This document shows positions 19,020 through 28,977 of a stretch of 64,000 nt of DNA, piece by piece (within the stretch, counting starts at the first letter, position 1; the number at the start of each line of letters is the position of its first letter). The stretch spans positions 320,001 through 384,000 of the forward strand of contig CAXXXF010000004.1 in assembly GCA_963667175.2 (NCBI GenBank). The letters are read 5' to 3'. The notes beneath the pieces were generated by a model. The model ran no database searches. It was not told the DNA's origin and saw only the letters and a program-made list of their open reading frames with translations. The position numbers and the translations under genes were made by a program. This DNA comes from Candidatus Latescibacterota bacterium (GTDB lineage Bacteria; Latescibacterota; UBA2968; GCA-2709665).

Positions 19020-20998
19020 GTAGAGTCGAGATGTGGCGCGGTGGTTTAGGAGTGGCCTATCTGTTTCCGCCCCTTTCGTCTGGCGGTGCCTCAATAGCCG
19101 CTCCGTGCTCCGTTTCCACGTCCCGCTCATCGAACCGGACGTGCGGATTTACCGCATCCGGCTCTCGGACAAGGAGTCATGCGTTCGCCCACGGAAGGTT
19201 GCGCGCCTGTACTTCCAGCCGGGTCAGGCCCAACGTGTTGTAGAGGACCTGGTCATGGAAGCGTGACCTTCCCTTTCCCGGTATTCGGTACTTGTTGCAC
19301 AACCACCAGCGGAGCCGTTTCCGGGTGTGGCTGTCCACACTCCGATAGGCTTTGCTGGCCAGACCAAGACGGAAGTAGTTGCCCCACCCTGCCAGCTTTC
19401 GGTTCAGGTGGGCAATCCGTTCTTGATGGTCTTTCAGCAACCACCGTCGCGCCGTTGCCTCGCTGATGGCCCGGCAGATGTGCCGGATGGCCTTCTTTGA
19501 CGGGCGCGTGCCGATATAGGCCTTTCCCGTCTTTGGCGAGTAACAGCGGCCGATGGTGTAGCCCAGAAAGTCAAATCGTCCTTCCGGGAGCGTGCATATG
19601 CCCGTCTTCTGCTCGTTCACCGTCAACTTAAGCGCTTTCATGATGGATCGCATCGCACGCATCGCTTCTTCTGCACTGCCGCGACAGCAGATCACAAAAT
19701 CATCCGCGTAGTTGACAATATGAGCCTCCAGACGTTGCTGATGTCCCCGAAATTTCCATCCCAGAATGAACCGCCGCATATACAGGTTCGCCAACAGCGG
19801 GGAGATTGGGGCGCCTTGCGGTGTCCCCCTTCCCTGATCCTTGTTCGGCGTCGCTCGACGTTTGCGGCCCCGCTTGTCGGTCTCCTCAATCGGCGCGGTC
19901 AGCCACAGCTTGATCAGGCGCAGCATTCGCCCGTCACTGATGCGTCGCGCCACCGATTTCATCAACTCGGCATGCGGGATCGTGTCGAAGTAGCCGCTCA
20001 AGTCGGCGTCGATCACCTGCGTATGGCCGCGGCTCACCAGACTGTGAACCGCATTGATGGCGTCGTGCGCACTCCGTTTCGGGCGATACGCATACTGTTC
20101 CGCTGGCAGGTCCGCCTCAAAGATCGGCTCCAAGACCAGCATCGCCGCGGTTTGCACCACCCGATCCTTCACCGTCGGGATGCCCAACGGCCTTTGCTTC
20201 CCGTTCGGCTTGGGGATATATACCCGACGGATCGGAGACACCCGATACGATTTGCTCCTTACGGCTTCCGACAGTTCGCCTAACCACCGCTTTTGCCCGT
20301 ATGACTCGATATCCGCAAACGTCTCGCCGTCCACGCCCGCCGCGCCGCCGTTGGCCTTGCAGCAGCGGTACGCATAAAGCAGGATGTCCTCGCGATACAC
20401 TTTGTCATACAGCGCGTAGAATCGGTAGCCGGGCGATTCCTTCGCTTTGGCATGCAACGTCTTCCGCAACTTCCGAACCTTCTCCGGAGGTCTTAGGCTC
20501 ATACCAATCTCCAGGCTCTCGCTCCTTTGACGTTGCCCTTGAACCAAGGCCCCTTCCCTCCACCGGCATTACCCGGCTTCCCGGGTACTACGGGCCTCTC
20601 CGCCACCCCACACGGCCCGGCCTGACCCTCACGGGCGTCCGGTTGGTGTCTATACACCACCGAGGGGGGCTTCCCGTGTTGCGTCGGAACTCCTTGTATA
20701 CGTGCCTTCGCCATTACCCCGGCGGGACCGTTGGATGCGCGCGTTGCTCTCTTTTTCCAACGACGGCGGCCTTCCCCGATCCATGGGCGGGTCGGCTCCC
20801 GCATTACCTTTTTCGAGGCCTGCTCAGCGTTCACTCACGTTTCGGCCCGCATACTCGCCAGGTCGCCTTGCGACCCTCTACACCGGAGGCTTCGGAGATG
20901 TCGTTGCCTACGTCCCCGCTCCGGTTGCTACCGACCGCAGCAACATTTGTCGGGTGGGACTCTCACCCACTGAAGTTCCGCGCCTTTTCACGGCGCAC
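19020..20998 (-). mobile_element. Group II intron, copy 1 (IIB-like), intergenic insertion
   Basis: 5' end GTGCG at 20998; domain V GAGAGCCGGATGCGGTAAATCCGCACGTCCGGTTCGATGAG; 3' end CTCGACTCTAC at 19020. Boundaries agree with those of the sister copy. Confidence 0.92.
19177..20502 (-). CDS. ltrA: Group II intron reverse transcriptase/maturase (no endonuclease domain apparent)
   Basis: IPKPNGKQRPLGIPTVKDRVVQ, GTPQGAPISPLLANLY, YADDFVI, FDFLG and domain X GWGNYF. Likely start MSLRPP. Confidence 0.93.
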   Translation of the reverse strand: MSLRPPEKVRKLRKTLHAKAKESPGYRFYALYDKVYREDILLYAYRCCKANGGAAGVDGETFADIESYGQKRWLGELSEAVRSKSYRVSPIRRVYIPKPNGKQRPLGIPTVKDRVVQTAAMLVLEPIFEADLPAEQYAYRPKRSAHDAINAVHSLVSRGHTQVIDADLSGYFDTIPHAELMKSVARRISDGRMLRLIKLWLTAPIEETDKRGRKRRATPNKDQGRGTPQGAPISPLLANLYMRRFILGWKFRGHQQRLEAHIVNYADDFVICCRGSAEEAMRAMRSIMKALKLTVNEQKTGICTLPEGRFDFLGYTIGRCYSPKTGKAYIGTRPSKKAIRHICRAISEATARRWLLKDHQERIAHLNRKLAGWGNYFRLGLASKAYRSVDSHTRKRLRWWLCNKYRIPGKGRSRFHDQVLYNTLGLTRLEVQARNLPWANA

Positions 20999-21134
20999 CA
21001 TGGATAAACAGGATGGACAGGATGAAAACCGAAAAGCAAGACAAGCTCACGAAAAAACGAACATCAGAAACTACGAAACACGCGAAACACACGAAAAAAA
21101 CACGAAGAAAACCGATCAGGATTTGCAGGATTAG

Positions 21135-21349
21135 CCTTGATTCGTAGTTCTTCGGGAACGATAATTCAAATAAACGCAGGCGAATAAAGGCGATTTGACG
21201 TCCGATTTCCACGAACCTTCAGGTCACTGGACGTGAACGGAATAAACGTCGTTCCGGACGACCTTTTTGGGTCCGTTTCGCAACGATACCCTTTGTGTCT
21301 TTTGTGCTTTTTGTGGCTAATTTAACGGTTGTCTTTTTTCGAATTGAGG
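21135..21349. mobile_element. MITE copy 1 (IS1380-like ends)
   Basis: Terminal inverted repeats CCTTGATTCG / CGAATTGAGG with TTAG duplicated on both sides. The empty site GGATTAGAAACC is seen in the neighbouring unit. An inverted homolog lies at 37925-38137. Confidence 0.8.
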
Positions 21350-21690
21350 TTAGAACCCAGGAGCAGGATGAAAACCGAAAAGCAAGACAAGCTCACGAAA
21401 AAACGAACATCAGAAACTACGAAACACGCGAAAAAAACACGAAGAAAACCGATCAGGATTTACAGGATTTGCAGGATTAGAAACCAGGAGCAGGATAAAA
21501 ACCAATAAGCGCGACAAAGGCGCCAGAAAACGAACATCAGAAACTACGAAACACGCGAAACACACGAAAGATCCGTGGCTGACCCCATAAATTCACAAAA
21601 CAGTTGTCATGCCCCTTTGGGGCACCCATAATGATGAAAATGGTTGCGTCAACAGACTTGTGTGGTAGGTTGTTGGCCACCATAACCCTT

Positions 21691-21835
21691 GGCTGGTCGA
21701 AGGTCGTTTTGTAGATGGTGCTATGAGCCTGAAAAACAGTTGGACCTGGGTATCTGGAGGTATCCATTATTGTCGCCCCCTGTAAAGGGAGAGCCCGCCA
21801 AGTAGACTCTTATCCCAGCAGATACCCGACCAGCC
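21691..21835 (+). ncRNA. Candidate IS110 bridge RNA
   Basis: Nested stems GGCTGGTCG/CGACCAGCC, AGGTC/GACCT and GGGTATCTG/CAGATACCC. The loops contain matches to target and donor junction sequences. Confidence 0.5.
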
Positions 21836-21858
21836 GGATCAGACACAGGAGGCCTGCG

Positions 21859-23199
21859 ATGCATGTCATCTACCCTTGTTGCGCTGGTTTGGATGTCCAC
21901 AAAAAGACGGTCGTTGCCTGCCGGATGAAGGCCGAAGGGTCAAAGCCGAGCCGGCGAGAGGTAAAGACCTTCTCCACAATGACCCGGCAGTTGCTGGCGT
22001 TGAGCGATTGGCTTTCTCAGTGGGGCTGCACCCACGTGGCGATGGAAAGCACCGGCGAGTATTGGAAGCCCATCTTCAACGTGCTGGAAGCCAACTTTGA
22101 AGTCTTGCTGGTCAATGCGCAGCACGTCAAACAGGTGCCAGGACGCAAGACCGATGTCCGGGATGCTGAGTGGCTGGCCGGGCTGCTGCAACACGGCTTG
22201 CTCAAAGCGAGCTTTATCCCCCCTGCCCTCCAGCGGGATTTGCGTGATCTGACGCGGTATCGCACCACATTGGTGCAGGAGCGCACCCGGGTGATCAATC
22301 GGGTGCAGAAGGCTTTGGAGGGCGCCAACATCAAGCTGTCCAGTGTGGCCAGCGATACGCTGGGCGTGTCGGGTCGGGCCATACTAAAAGGGCTCATCCA
22401 AGGCCAGGAAGATCCAGCAGCGTTAGCGGAGTTGGCCAAGGGCCGCTTGCGCAACAAGAAGGCCGACCTAGAGCAGGCGCTGACCGGCTTTTTCCGACCC
22501 CACCATCGCTTTTTGTTGAGCCACTTGCTGGTGCATCTGGACTTTCTGGAAACACAACTTTCTCAGCTGTCCGACCAGATCGCTCAACACATTGAGGCGA
22601 TGGGTGTGCCCCCAAAAGACCCGCAGCCTCCTTCGGGCGGTTCGCCCAAGCCTGCGCAGTCACCAACCGCCGCCTCGTCCAAGCCTGCGCAAGCTTCTCG
22701 GCTCCTTCCCAATCAGGCCATGGCCTTGTGGGATACGATTCCTGGCGTCAACCAGACCGTGGCCGAGGTTATGGTGGCCGAAATGGGCGTGGATATGGGC
22801 CGCTTCCCCACCCACCGGCATCTGGCCTCCTGGGTCGGCTTAGCGCCTGGAAACCATGAAAGCGCAGGGAAACGTCAATCGGGGCGCACCACCAAAGGCA
22901 ATCCTGCGTTGCGTCTTGCCCTCGTCCAGGCGGCCTGGGCGGCCTCGCGCACCAAAGACACTTATCTGTCCGCTCTCTATCGTCGGTTGGCCGCACGACG
23001 GGGCAAGAAACGCGCCTTGGTGGCAGTGGCTCATTCCATTCTCACAGCCGCCTATCATATGGCCTGTCACACACAACCCTATCAAGATCCGGGCAGCAAC
23101 TATTTCGATCAGCGCAAGAAACACGACGTTGTCTCTCGGCTCTCCCATCGCCTGGAAAAGTTGGGGTACAACGTTGCGCTTACGCTACAAGCTGCTTAA
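21859..23199 (+). CDS. IS110-family transposase/recombinase (DEDD RuvC-like plus Tnp domain)
   Basis: CAGLDVHK, MESTGEYW, KTDVRDA, IPGV, LASWVGLAP..ESAG; AGGAGG RBS. Confidence 0.95.
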   Translation: MHVIYPCCAGLDVHKKTVVACRMKAEGSKPSRREVKTFSTMTRQLLALSDWLSQWGCTHVAMESTGEYWKPIFNVLEANFEVLLVNAQHVKQVPGRKTDVRDAEWLAGLLQHGLLKASFIPPALQRDLRDLTRYRTTLVQERTRVINRVQKALEGANIKLSSVASDTLGVSGRAILKGLIQGQEDPAALAELAKGRLRNKKADLEQALTGFFRPHHRFLLSHLLVHLDFLETQLSQLSDQIAQHIEAMGVPPKDPQPPSGGSPKPAQSPTAASSKPAQASRLLPNQAMALWDTIPGVNQTVAEVMVAEMGVDMGRFPTHRHLASWVGLAPGNHESAGKRQSGRTTKGNPALRLALVQAAWAASRTKDTYLSALYRRLAARRGKKRALVAVAHSILTAAYHMACHTQPYQDPGSNYFDQRKKHDVVSRLSHRLEKLGYNVALTLQAA

Positions 23200-23797
23200 A
23201 TAAAAGAAAAACAACAGGATTCTTCGAAATCTGAAAGGTTATTTTCTAAGTAGAACTTATATGGATAGACGGGATGGACAGGATGAAAACCAAGAGGCAC
23301 GAAAAATGAACATCGAAAACTACGAAATACGCGAAAAAACACGAGGAAAACCGATCAGGATTTACAGGATTAGAAACCAGGAGCAGGGCAAATGCTCACT
23401 CTTGCAGGCAACAGCGATGAGTCCATCCACCCTGAAACCCCAACGTTTGCCGGCCAGACCGATTTCGGATTCTTAATGGATTTCGTTACAATCTCCACTG
23501 ATGTTATTGAAAATCAACCGATTATATAACAAACCCACCGGTTTTCATGACTATTTCGGGCTAAACACATCTGCGCGGACACATCGCCGGCATGACGCGA
23601 TGCGGGCAGACAGGAATGTCTGCCCGCCTGCCGCCTGCCTGCGCCGCTGCGCTTCCCGCGGCAGGCAGGCGCCCGGCCTCCCGCTACGGAGACAATCGAC
23701 CGGCTTGTCATTCTGAGCGGAGCGAAGAGCCTCCCGTCTTCTTCTCGATTGTCCGTAACGCAACAACAGGGAATCGGCAACTGTCAATCCCTACACT

Positions 23798-26170
23798 TCA
23801 CTCGACCACCCGGAACACCACGTGCCGTTCAGCGATTTGTCCCGTGTAGAGATCCTTCACGCTAACGATCAGCTTGTGGAAACCGGCGGGGGTATCGCTG
23901 GATTCAATCTGCAGGAAGGTGAAGTCATTCGTCTGATCTCCCTGGTATCGCGCCGTGACCGTCGTCTCGGTGCCTTCCCTTGAACGGGGCGTATTCCGGA
24001 TCTCCTCGGAGATTTTGTTTCGTTCCGGAAGGATGTACCTCACACGATACCTGACGGACTCTTGAATCCCATCCCGCCAGATGTCGCCCTCGCTTTCAAT
24101 TACAGGTTCCTCGATGATGGTCCGGACCTCCACCCTGGCGGCGGCGCCCGGCGCGTCCAGGGCGGCGAAGCGTTCGGGAAGGATTTCTTCACGGTCCGGC
24201 CGGGTCAGCCGATAGGAAATCCGATATTTTGTTCGGCCGAATCTGTCTTTCCTGAGGTTGTAGATCTCGAGATAGATGAAGACGGGCTCGGATCGGCCGA
24301 AGGTGTGAAGCGGGTTGGGTGTGACAAGCAGATCGTCGCGGCCTTCGGGGAACGCGGTTTTCGGCCGGATCCGGGAGGCCAGCAGCAGATCGCTCATCAC
24401 GAGCAACGAATCGTGCGATCCGAATGTTCGCAATTCCCGGAAGGTCCCAATGGATCCCGTACCGCGGTCCCTGATCTCCACAACAAGACGATGTTGCCGC
24501 GGGGCGACTCGCAGCGTCCGGTATGACACGACGTGGTTGCGCCGCAGACTGTCGCTCTTTGTATCAGTCCCGGTGTCGAATTCAGGCCACTGCATGGTGA
24601 CGTCCATCTTCTTCCGGTAGACCTCGTCCCACTGCTCGTCGAACAGAAACACCCCGTCCTCCAGGTTCAGAAGGCCCTCAGGCTCGTTCACCTGCACCCG
24701 CGACTTCGGAATGGCATAGGCGAACTCCACGCGAATACTGTCGCGCTCCTGAAAGGCGGCGATCTGCCGGGGTATCCGGTATTTCCGGTCACGATAGGGG
24801 TCGATGAACCGCTGCGGCGTATCGCGAAACACATGCCGGGAGGGCGGCGAAGGCCGGTTCTGCAGTACCATTCGATTCTTACCCGAATAAAAGTCGCCCA
24901 GGTCATCCCTCCATTGTGTGATGTCGTACATATCCCGACCGTCCGTTACCCGGACATTTGCCAACTGCCCGCCCATGCTCCCTCCGCCGGCTTTCCCGAG
25001 ACCGAACCGCCATCCGTCCATCCCGTCGCTGCTTATAAATGAGATTCTAAACGTCTCATAAAACCAGGTCTTCGCCCTGCCCGTGGAAACTCGCTTAATA
25101 AACCGTCCAAACTTGATGAAGGTCTTGCCCGTGTCCGTCCGCCATCCTGCAATTTCCTTGAAAGGCCGGCTGTACCTCAGGTTGGCGTACGCCACGCGGC
25201 CAAAATGCGCCATCTTCCGCTCGTTGAACGACGTCAGAAACAGCGGATCATGCCCGCGCCAGAAACGGTCGCGCGCGACATCCGGCCAACCGTCACCTCC
25301 GTTGTCGGCATACGCGATCGCCTCCGCCATGCGCTTCCGGTCCTCTGCCGACGCAAGAATATCCACGGCCTCGATCATGGCGCGCTCATCGTTGCTCATC
25401 CGCTCCAGGGCAAGCGTGTAAAGGCTGTCCGCCGCGTCCATTTCACCCAGCATCTGGTACCCCAGACCGCAGAACATGAACGCATCCTTGTCCTCGGGCG
25501 CCTGTTCCAGAAATCGCTTGAAGACCAGGATCATCTCTTCCGGCTGTCCGGTCTCATAATGCAGGAGTCCAAGCTGGTAATACGGGCCTCGAAGACCGGG
25601 GTCCGCATCAATGCTCTGCTGAAAGTGCGTCCTTGCCCGCTCGAGGTCCTGCATGGCGAAATTCTTCCAGTAGAACATCCTTCCCAGGTTTTTGTCGATA
25701 TAGATGAAGGGGTCCTGCCTGTCGATATAGCGTAGATAATCCTGCGCTGCATAATACCCGGCCCAGTACGACGCCTCGGCGTTCTCCGGCTCCGTGTCCG
25801 CCAATTTCTCATAGTGCCGAACGGCATGCCACCAGAACCCCTGTTTGCCGAGCAATTCGCCCAGCGTCATCTGATAGTCCGTGTTCTCAGGATCGAGCCG
25901 CATCGCCTGCTTCAGCGCCTTGCGTGCGCTCTGGCGCGTGAGCGGCGTGTTCATTTCCATGTACAGCCTGGCGATCTCATAGTGCGCGGGCGCGAATTCC
26001 CAGTCCAGCTTCAGTGCGTCCTCAAATGCCTTTATACTCACCTCTGCCGACACTTCGCCAACCTGCGCCATTGCCTCACGATAAAGCGAATCTGTCCTGG
26101 CATCCTTCACCCCGGCGCGTACTTCGCCGGCCGCCAGCATCACCAGCGCCAGGACCACCAGGTGTCTCAT
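23798..26170 (-). CDS. Exported TPR + GWxTD-domain protein (GWxTDxG subtype)
   Basis: Signal peptide MRHLVVLALVMLAAGEVRA; TPRs; FW...DPLFLT.FNER...H.GRVAYANLR...GWRTDTGKTFIKFG. Confidence 0.9.
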   Translation of the reverse strand: MRHLVVLALVMLAAGEVRAGVKDARTDSLYREAMAQVGEVSAEVSIKAFEDALKLDWEFAPAHYEIARLYMEMNTPLTRQSARKALKQAMRLDPENTDYQMTLGELLGKQGFWWHAVRHYEKLADTEPENAEASYWAGYYAAQDYLRYIDRQDPFIYIDKNLGRMFYWKNFAMQDLERARTHFQQSIDADPGLRGPYYQLGLLHYETGQPEEMILVFKRFLEQAPEDKDAFMFCGLGYQMLGEMDAADSLYTLALERMSNDERAMIEAVDILASAEDRKRMAEAIAYADNGGDGWPDVARDRFWRGHDPLFLTSFNERKMAHFGRVAYANLRYSRPFKEIAGWRTDTGKTFIKFGRFIKRVSTGRAKTWFYETFRISFISSDGMDGWRFGLGKAGGGSMGGQLANVRVTDGRDMYDITQWRDDLGDFYSGKNRMVLQNRPSPPSRHVFRDTPQRFIDPYRDRKYRIPRQIAAFQERDSIRVEFAYAIPKSRVQVNEPEGLLNLEDGVFLFDEQWDEVYRKKMDVTMQWPEFDTGTDTKSDSLRRNHVVSYRTLRVAPRQHRLVVEIRDRGTGSIGTFRELRTFGSHDSLLVMSDLLLASRIRPKTAFPEGRDDLLVTPNPLHTFGRSEPVFIYLEIYNLRKDRFGRTKYRISYRLTRPDREEILPERFAALDAPGAAARVEVRTIIEEPVIESEGDIWRDGIQESVRYRVRYILPERNKISEEIRNTPRSREGTETTVTARYQGDQTNDFTFLQIESSDTPAGFHKLIVSVKDLYTGQIAERHVVFRVVE

Positions 26171-26223
26171 CGCTTTGACCCTCCGGCGTCACGTCGGTGA
26201 ATTCAACCGCGGGTTGTGGCAGT

Positions 26224-28656
26224 CTAATCGATCACCCGGAACAACGCCTCCCGCGCAGCTTCCTGACCGGTATGCATGTCTTTCAGACGCACCGATAGGA
26301 GGTGTACGCCTGCAGGCACGTGGCTCAGGTCAATCTGCAGATACGTGAAGTCGTCCTCCCGGTCTCCCTCGTACCGCGCGGTGATCGTCGTCTCCACGCC
26401 CTCTTTGCTCCGACCCATCCTCTTGATCCGGCTGGCAAGTCTATCCTCTTCCGGAAACACAAACCTTGCCCTGTACGTCAACTCCTCTTTCCTCTTCGCA
26501 TCGAAATAGTCCGGAACGACCTGTTGCTGCACCACCGGCAGACCCTGGCGCCGCTGTTCTTCTTCTTCCTCCTCCGAAACTCGTGGTGGACGGCGCATGC
26601 CCGACTCACGGGTCCTGGAGACACGAGACACTTCCAACTGCCTGCCGCCCTGGGGCAACCGTTGCGCGACGAACAGGTACGGGTCGATCTTTCTCTGTTC
26701 CGTGTTTCCGATCGTGTATGAGATCTCGTACTCCGTTCGACCGAATTCGTCCCGCTCCAGGTTGTATACTTCCAGGTAGATGAACGCAGGCTCGGAGCGA
26801 TGGTAGGTCCGCAGCGGATTGGCCACAATGTCGAGGTCCGACCGTCCCTCCGGAAAAGGCGTTCTCGAATTGATCTGTGCGGCCAGCAACAGGTCGCTCA
26901 TCGCCAGCGACGACCCCATCGCCTCGAATTCCCGGTGCTGTCGAAACGTGCCGATGGATCCTCGCCCGGCATCCCTCAATTCGCCAACATAGTGATACTT
27001 TCCCGGAGCTATCCTGAACGGCACCTGGATAACCAGATGATTATTCCGGAGGCTGTCCGAAACGGCATATCCGCTTGGCGTTAAACTCGGCCACTTCAGT
27101 TTGAAATCCGATCGCTTTCGATAGACCTCGTCCCAGCGCTCGTCGAAGAGAAATACGCCGTTTTCAATAGCAATGCTCCTGTCCGAATCCGAGACGGTCC
27201 CATTGTATCTGGGCAGCGCATAAGCCAGTTCCACGCGGAGGCTGTCTCCGTCCTTGAAACTCGCGACCTGATGAGGCACGCGGTATTTCATCCGGCCATA
27301 GGGATCGATATACCGCGTCCGGTCCGGCAAACGAGATGGAGAGAAGCCGTGGAATCCGTCGGATATCTGAAAATCAACCCGGAATCCCTCGTAGAACCAC
27401 GTCTCTTTCTGCATGGACAAATGCCAGCGCATCGGCGGTGTTTGGCCGAAGGTGTAGGTGTAGTCTATCGGACCAGAACCGACCTCCGGTCGTTGCATCC
27501 TTCGGTCCAGATATCGTCCCAGTCGTATATACGCTCGGCCCATATCCGTCCGCCAGCCCTCAATGCCCTTTGACGGACGGCTGAACCGCAGATTCGCGTA
27601 CGCGACCCGGCCGTAATGCTCCATGCGGCGTTCGTTGAATTCCGTCAGAAACAGGGGGTCCTGCCGCCGCCAGAATCGAACTCGCTCCGCACTGTCGACC
27701 CAGGGTTGATACGTGCCTCCGACCGTCTCCCCTTCGCGATGGAGGTCGTCCAGGTTCGCACGCTCCGCGTCCGGCACAATGCCCTCTACCGATTCCATCG
27801 CGGCACGCTCAGCCGGCGCCATTCTCTGAAGTGCTCGCGTATAGAACTCATGCGCCGATGTCTCGTCGCCCAGAGCCTGGTATCCGAGCCCGCAAAAGAG
27901 CAACGCATCCTTGTCGTCACGGGCGCGATCCAACAGCAGATTTGCCACCCGAATCAGTTCTACCGGCCGATTGGTCTCGAGGCAGGCAAGCCCCAGTTGG
28001 AAATACGCATCCTTGAATTGGGGATCTGCCTCGATGCACGTCTTCAAGTAGGTCACGGCTTCATTCAGTTCTTCAATGCCGAGTTCTCTTAACGAGTGCC
28101 TGGCACGCGAGCCGCCTTCTCTCCAGTCGATCGGCGACACCCTGCTTGTAAACTCCATGTCGTAATATTTCATGAAGTTCTTGATACCATGGTGACCGAT
28201 CATGTAGGCCGCCCTCGGGTTTTCGGGATCAGCTTTCAACGCCTTCTTGTACTCTCTCACCGCATTGTGCCACGATCCCTGCGCCCACAGGATGTCCGCC
28301 TTCATCAGGCGATAGGTCACATTGTTTCGATCCAGCCGAATGGCCTTTTTAACTGCCTTCATCGCGCTTTCGCGATCCAGGGGCGTGTCAAGGGACAGAT
28401 ACAGCTTCGCGATTTCGTAATGGGCCGGCGCGTGGTCCCGATCCGCCTTCAATACCTTACGGAAGGCCTTCACGCTCTCGTCAACGGTGACGCGACCCAC
28501 CTGTTCCAGCGCTGCCTCATAGAGCCGGTCGGCAACCTGCGTCGTGCTGGCGGCAGCCTGTATTGCGAAATGGTATCCAGGGCACAGCACAACCAACACG
28601 ATAGAACTCAATGTGACACGGCATCGTCGCATTCGATACGCTATCAGAGACGGCAT
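26224..28656 (-). CDS. Exported TPR + GWxTD-domain protein (GWxTDxG subtype)
   Basis: Likely start MPSLIAY at 28656; TPRs; GWRTDMGRAYIRLG. Confidence 0.9.
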   Translation of the reverse strand: MPSLIAYRMRRCRVTLSSIVLVVLCPGYHFAIQAAASTTQVADRLYEAALEQVGRVTVDESVKAFRKVLKADRDHAPAHYEIAKLYLSLDTPLDRESAMKAVKKAIRLDRNNVTYRLMKADILWAQGSWHNAVREYKKALKADPENPRAAYMIGHHGIKNFMKYYDMEFTSRVSPIDWREGGSRARHSLRELGIEELNEAVTYLKTCIEADPQFKDAYFQLGLACLETNRPVELIRVANLLLDRARDDKDALLFCGLGYQALGDETSAHEFYTRALQRMAPAERAAMESVEGIVPDAERANLDDLHREGETVGGTYQPWVDSAERVRFWRRQDPLFLTEFNERRMEHYGRVAYANLRFSRPSKGIEGWRTDMGRAYIRLGRYLDRRMQRPEVGSGPIDYTYTFGQTPPMRWHLSMQKETWFYEGFRVDFQISDGFHGFSPSRLPDRTRYIDPYGRMKYRVPHQVASFKDGDSLRVELAYALPRYNGTVSDSDRSIAIENGVFLFDERWDEVYRKRSDFKLKWPSLTPSGYAVSDSLRNNHLVIQVPFRIAPGKYHYVGELRDAGRGSIGTFRQHREFEAMGSSLAMSDLLLAAQINSRTPFPEGRSDLDIVANPLRTYHRSEPAFIYLEVYNLERDEFGRTEYEISYTIGNTEQRKIDPYLFVAQRLPQGGRQLEVSRVSRTRESGMRRPPRVSEEEEEEQRRQGLPVVQQQVVPDYFDAKRKEELTYRARFVFPEEDRLASRIKRMGRSKEGVETTITARYEGDREDDFTYLQIDLSHVPAGVHLLSVRLKDMHTGQEAAREALFRVID

Positions 28657-28713
28657 TGGAAAACCTCTCAATCTCTTGGCGAGGCGTTTTAACTGAGACT
28701 ATTTTCCACCATA

Positions 28714-28822
28714 CCCGTCCTTCCCAAAAGACACGGGCCGGGCGCCAGGGGTTCAAAAAAAGTCCGAAAATCGCGGCTTCCGGACTCATTTTGCGCCTGG
28801 ATGATGAATTTTTGGTAACCGG
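28714..28822 (-). promoter_or_regulatory. Conserved block-start element, copy 2
   Basis: GAGTCCGGAA-loop-TTTCGGAC-T7 followed by GAACCC-N17-TCT. Confidence 0.6.
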
Positions 28823-28977
28823 AGGCTATGTTACGTCGTTGCGTAACATCGTTCCAACTCCGTTCCGACCGATCAAAGCCGCAACAGGTTGTATCGGAAA
28901 ATCCGATCGCGGAATCGCCGTGTTCAGACGCAACCAGATGTGTGGAAGTGACCGCGCGTGCCCGACAAACGGGTCCA

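Larger units (their letters stand above)
21604..23253 (+). mobile_element. IS110-family insertion sequence with long non-coding left end
   Basis: AG core at both junctions (21602-21603 and 23252-23253). Removing the element restores AAAAC-AG-AACTTATATGGATA, resembling the repeat head at 19006-19019 joined to 20999. Confidence 0.8.
20999..23387. repeat. Degenerate array of about four ~125-bp A-rich units, interrupted by a MITE and an IS110
   Basis: Unit CAGGATGAAAACC...GAACATCAGAAACTACGAAACACGCGAAA...CCGATCAGGATTT(A/G)CAGGATTAGAAACCAGGAG at ~21018, ~21364, ~21491 (partial) and ~23279. Confidence 0.85.

Noticed and set aside
20988-21767. Small ORFs in the repeat region (20988..21212, 21295..21480, 21537..21767)
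   Set aside because: They are translations of low-complexity repeats, the MITE and the IS110 end.
20999-23387. CRISPR array
   Set aside because: Units are ~125 bp and degenerate, with no constant repeat / unique spacer pattern and no cas genes.
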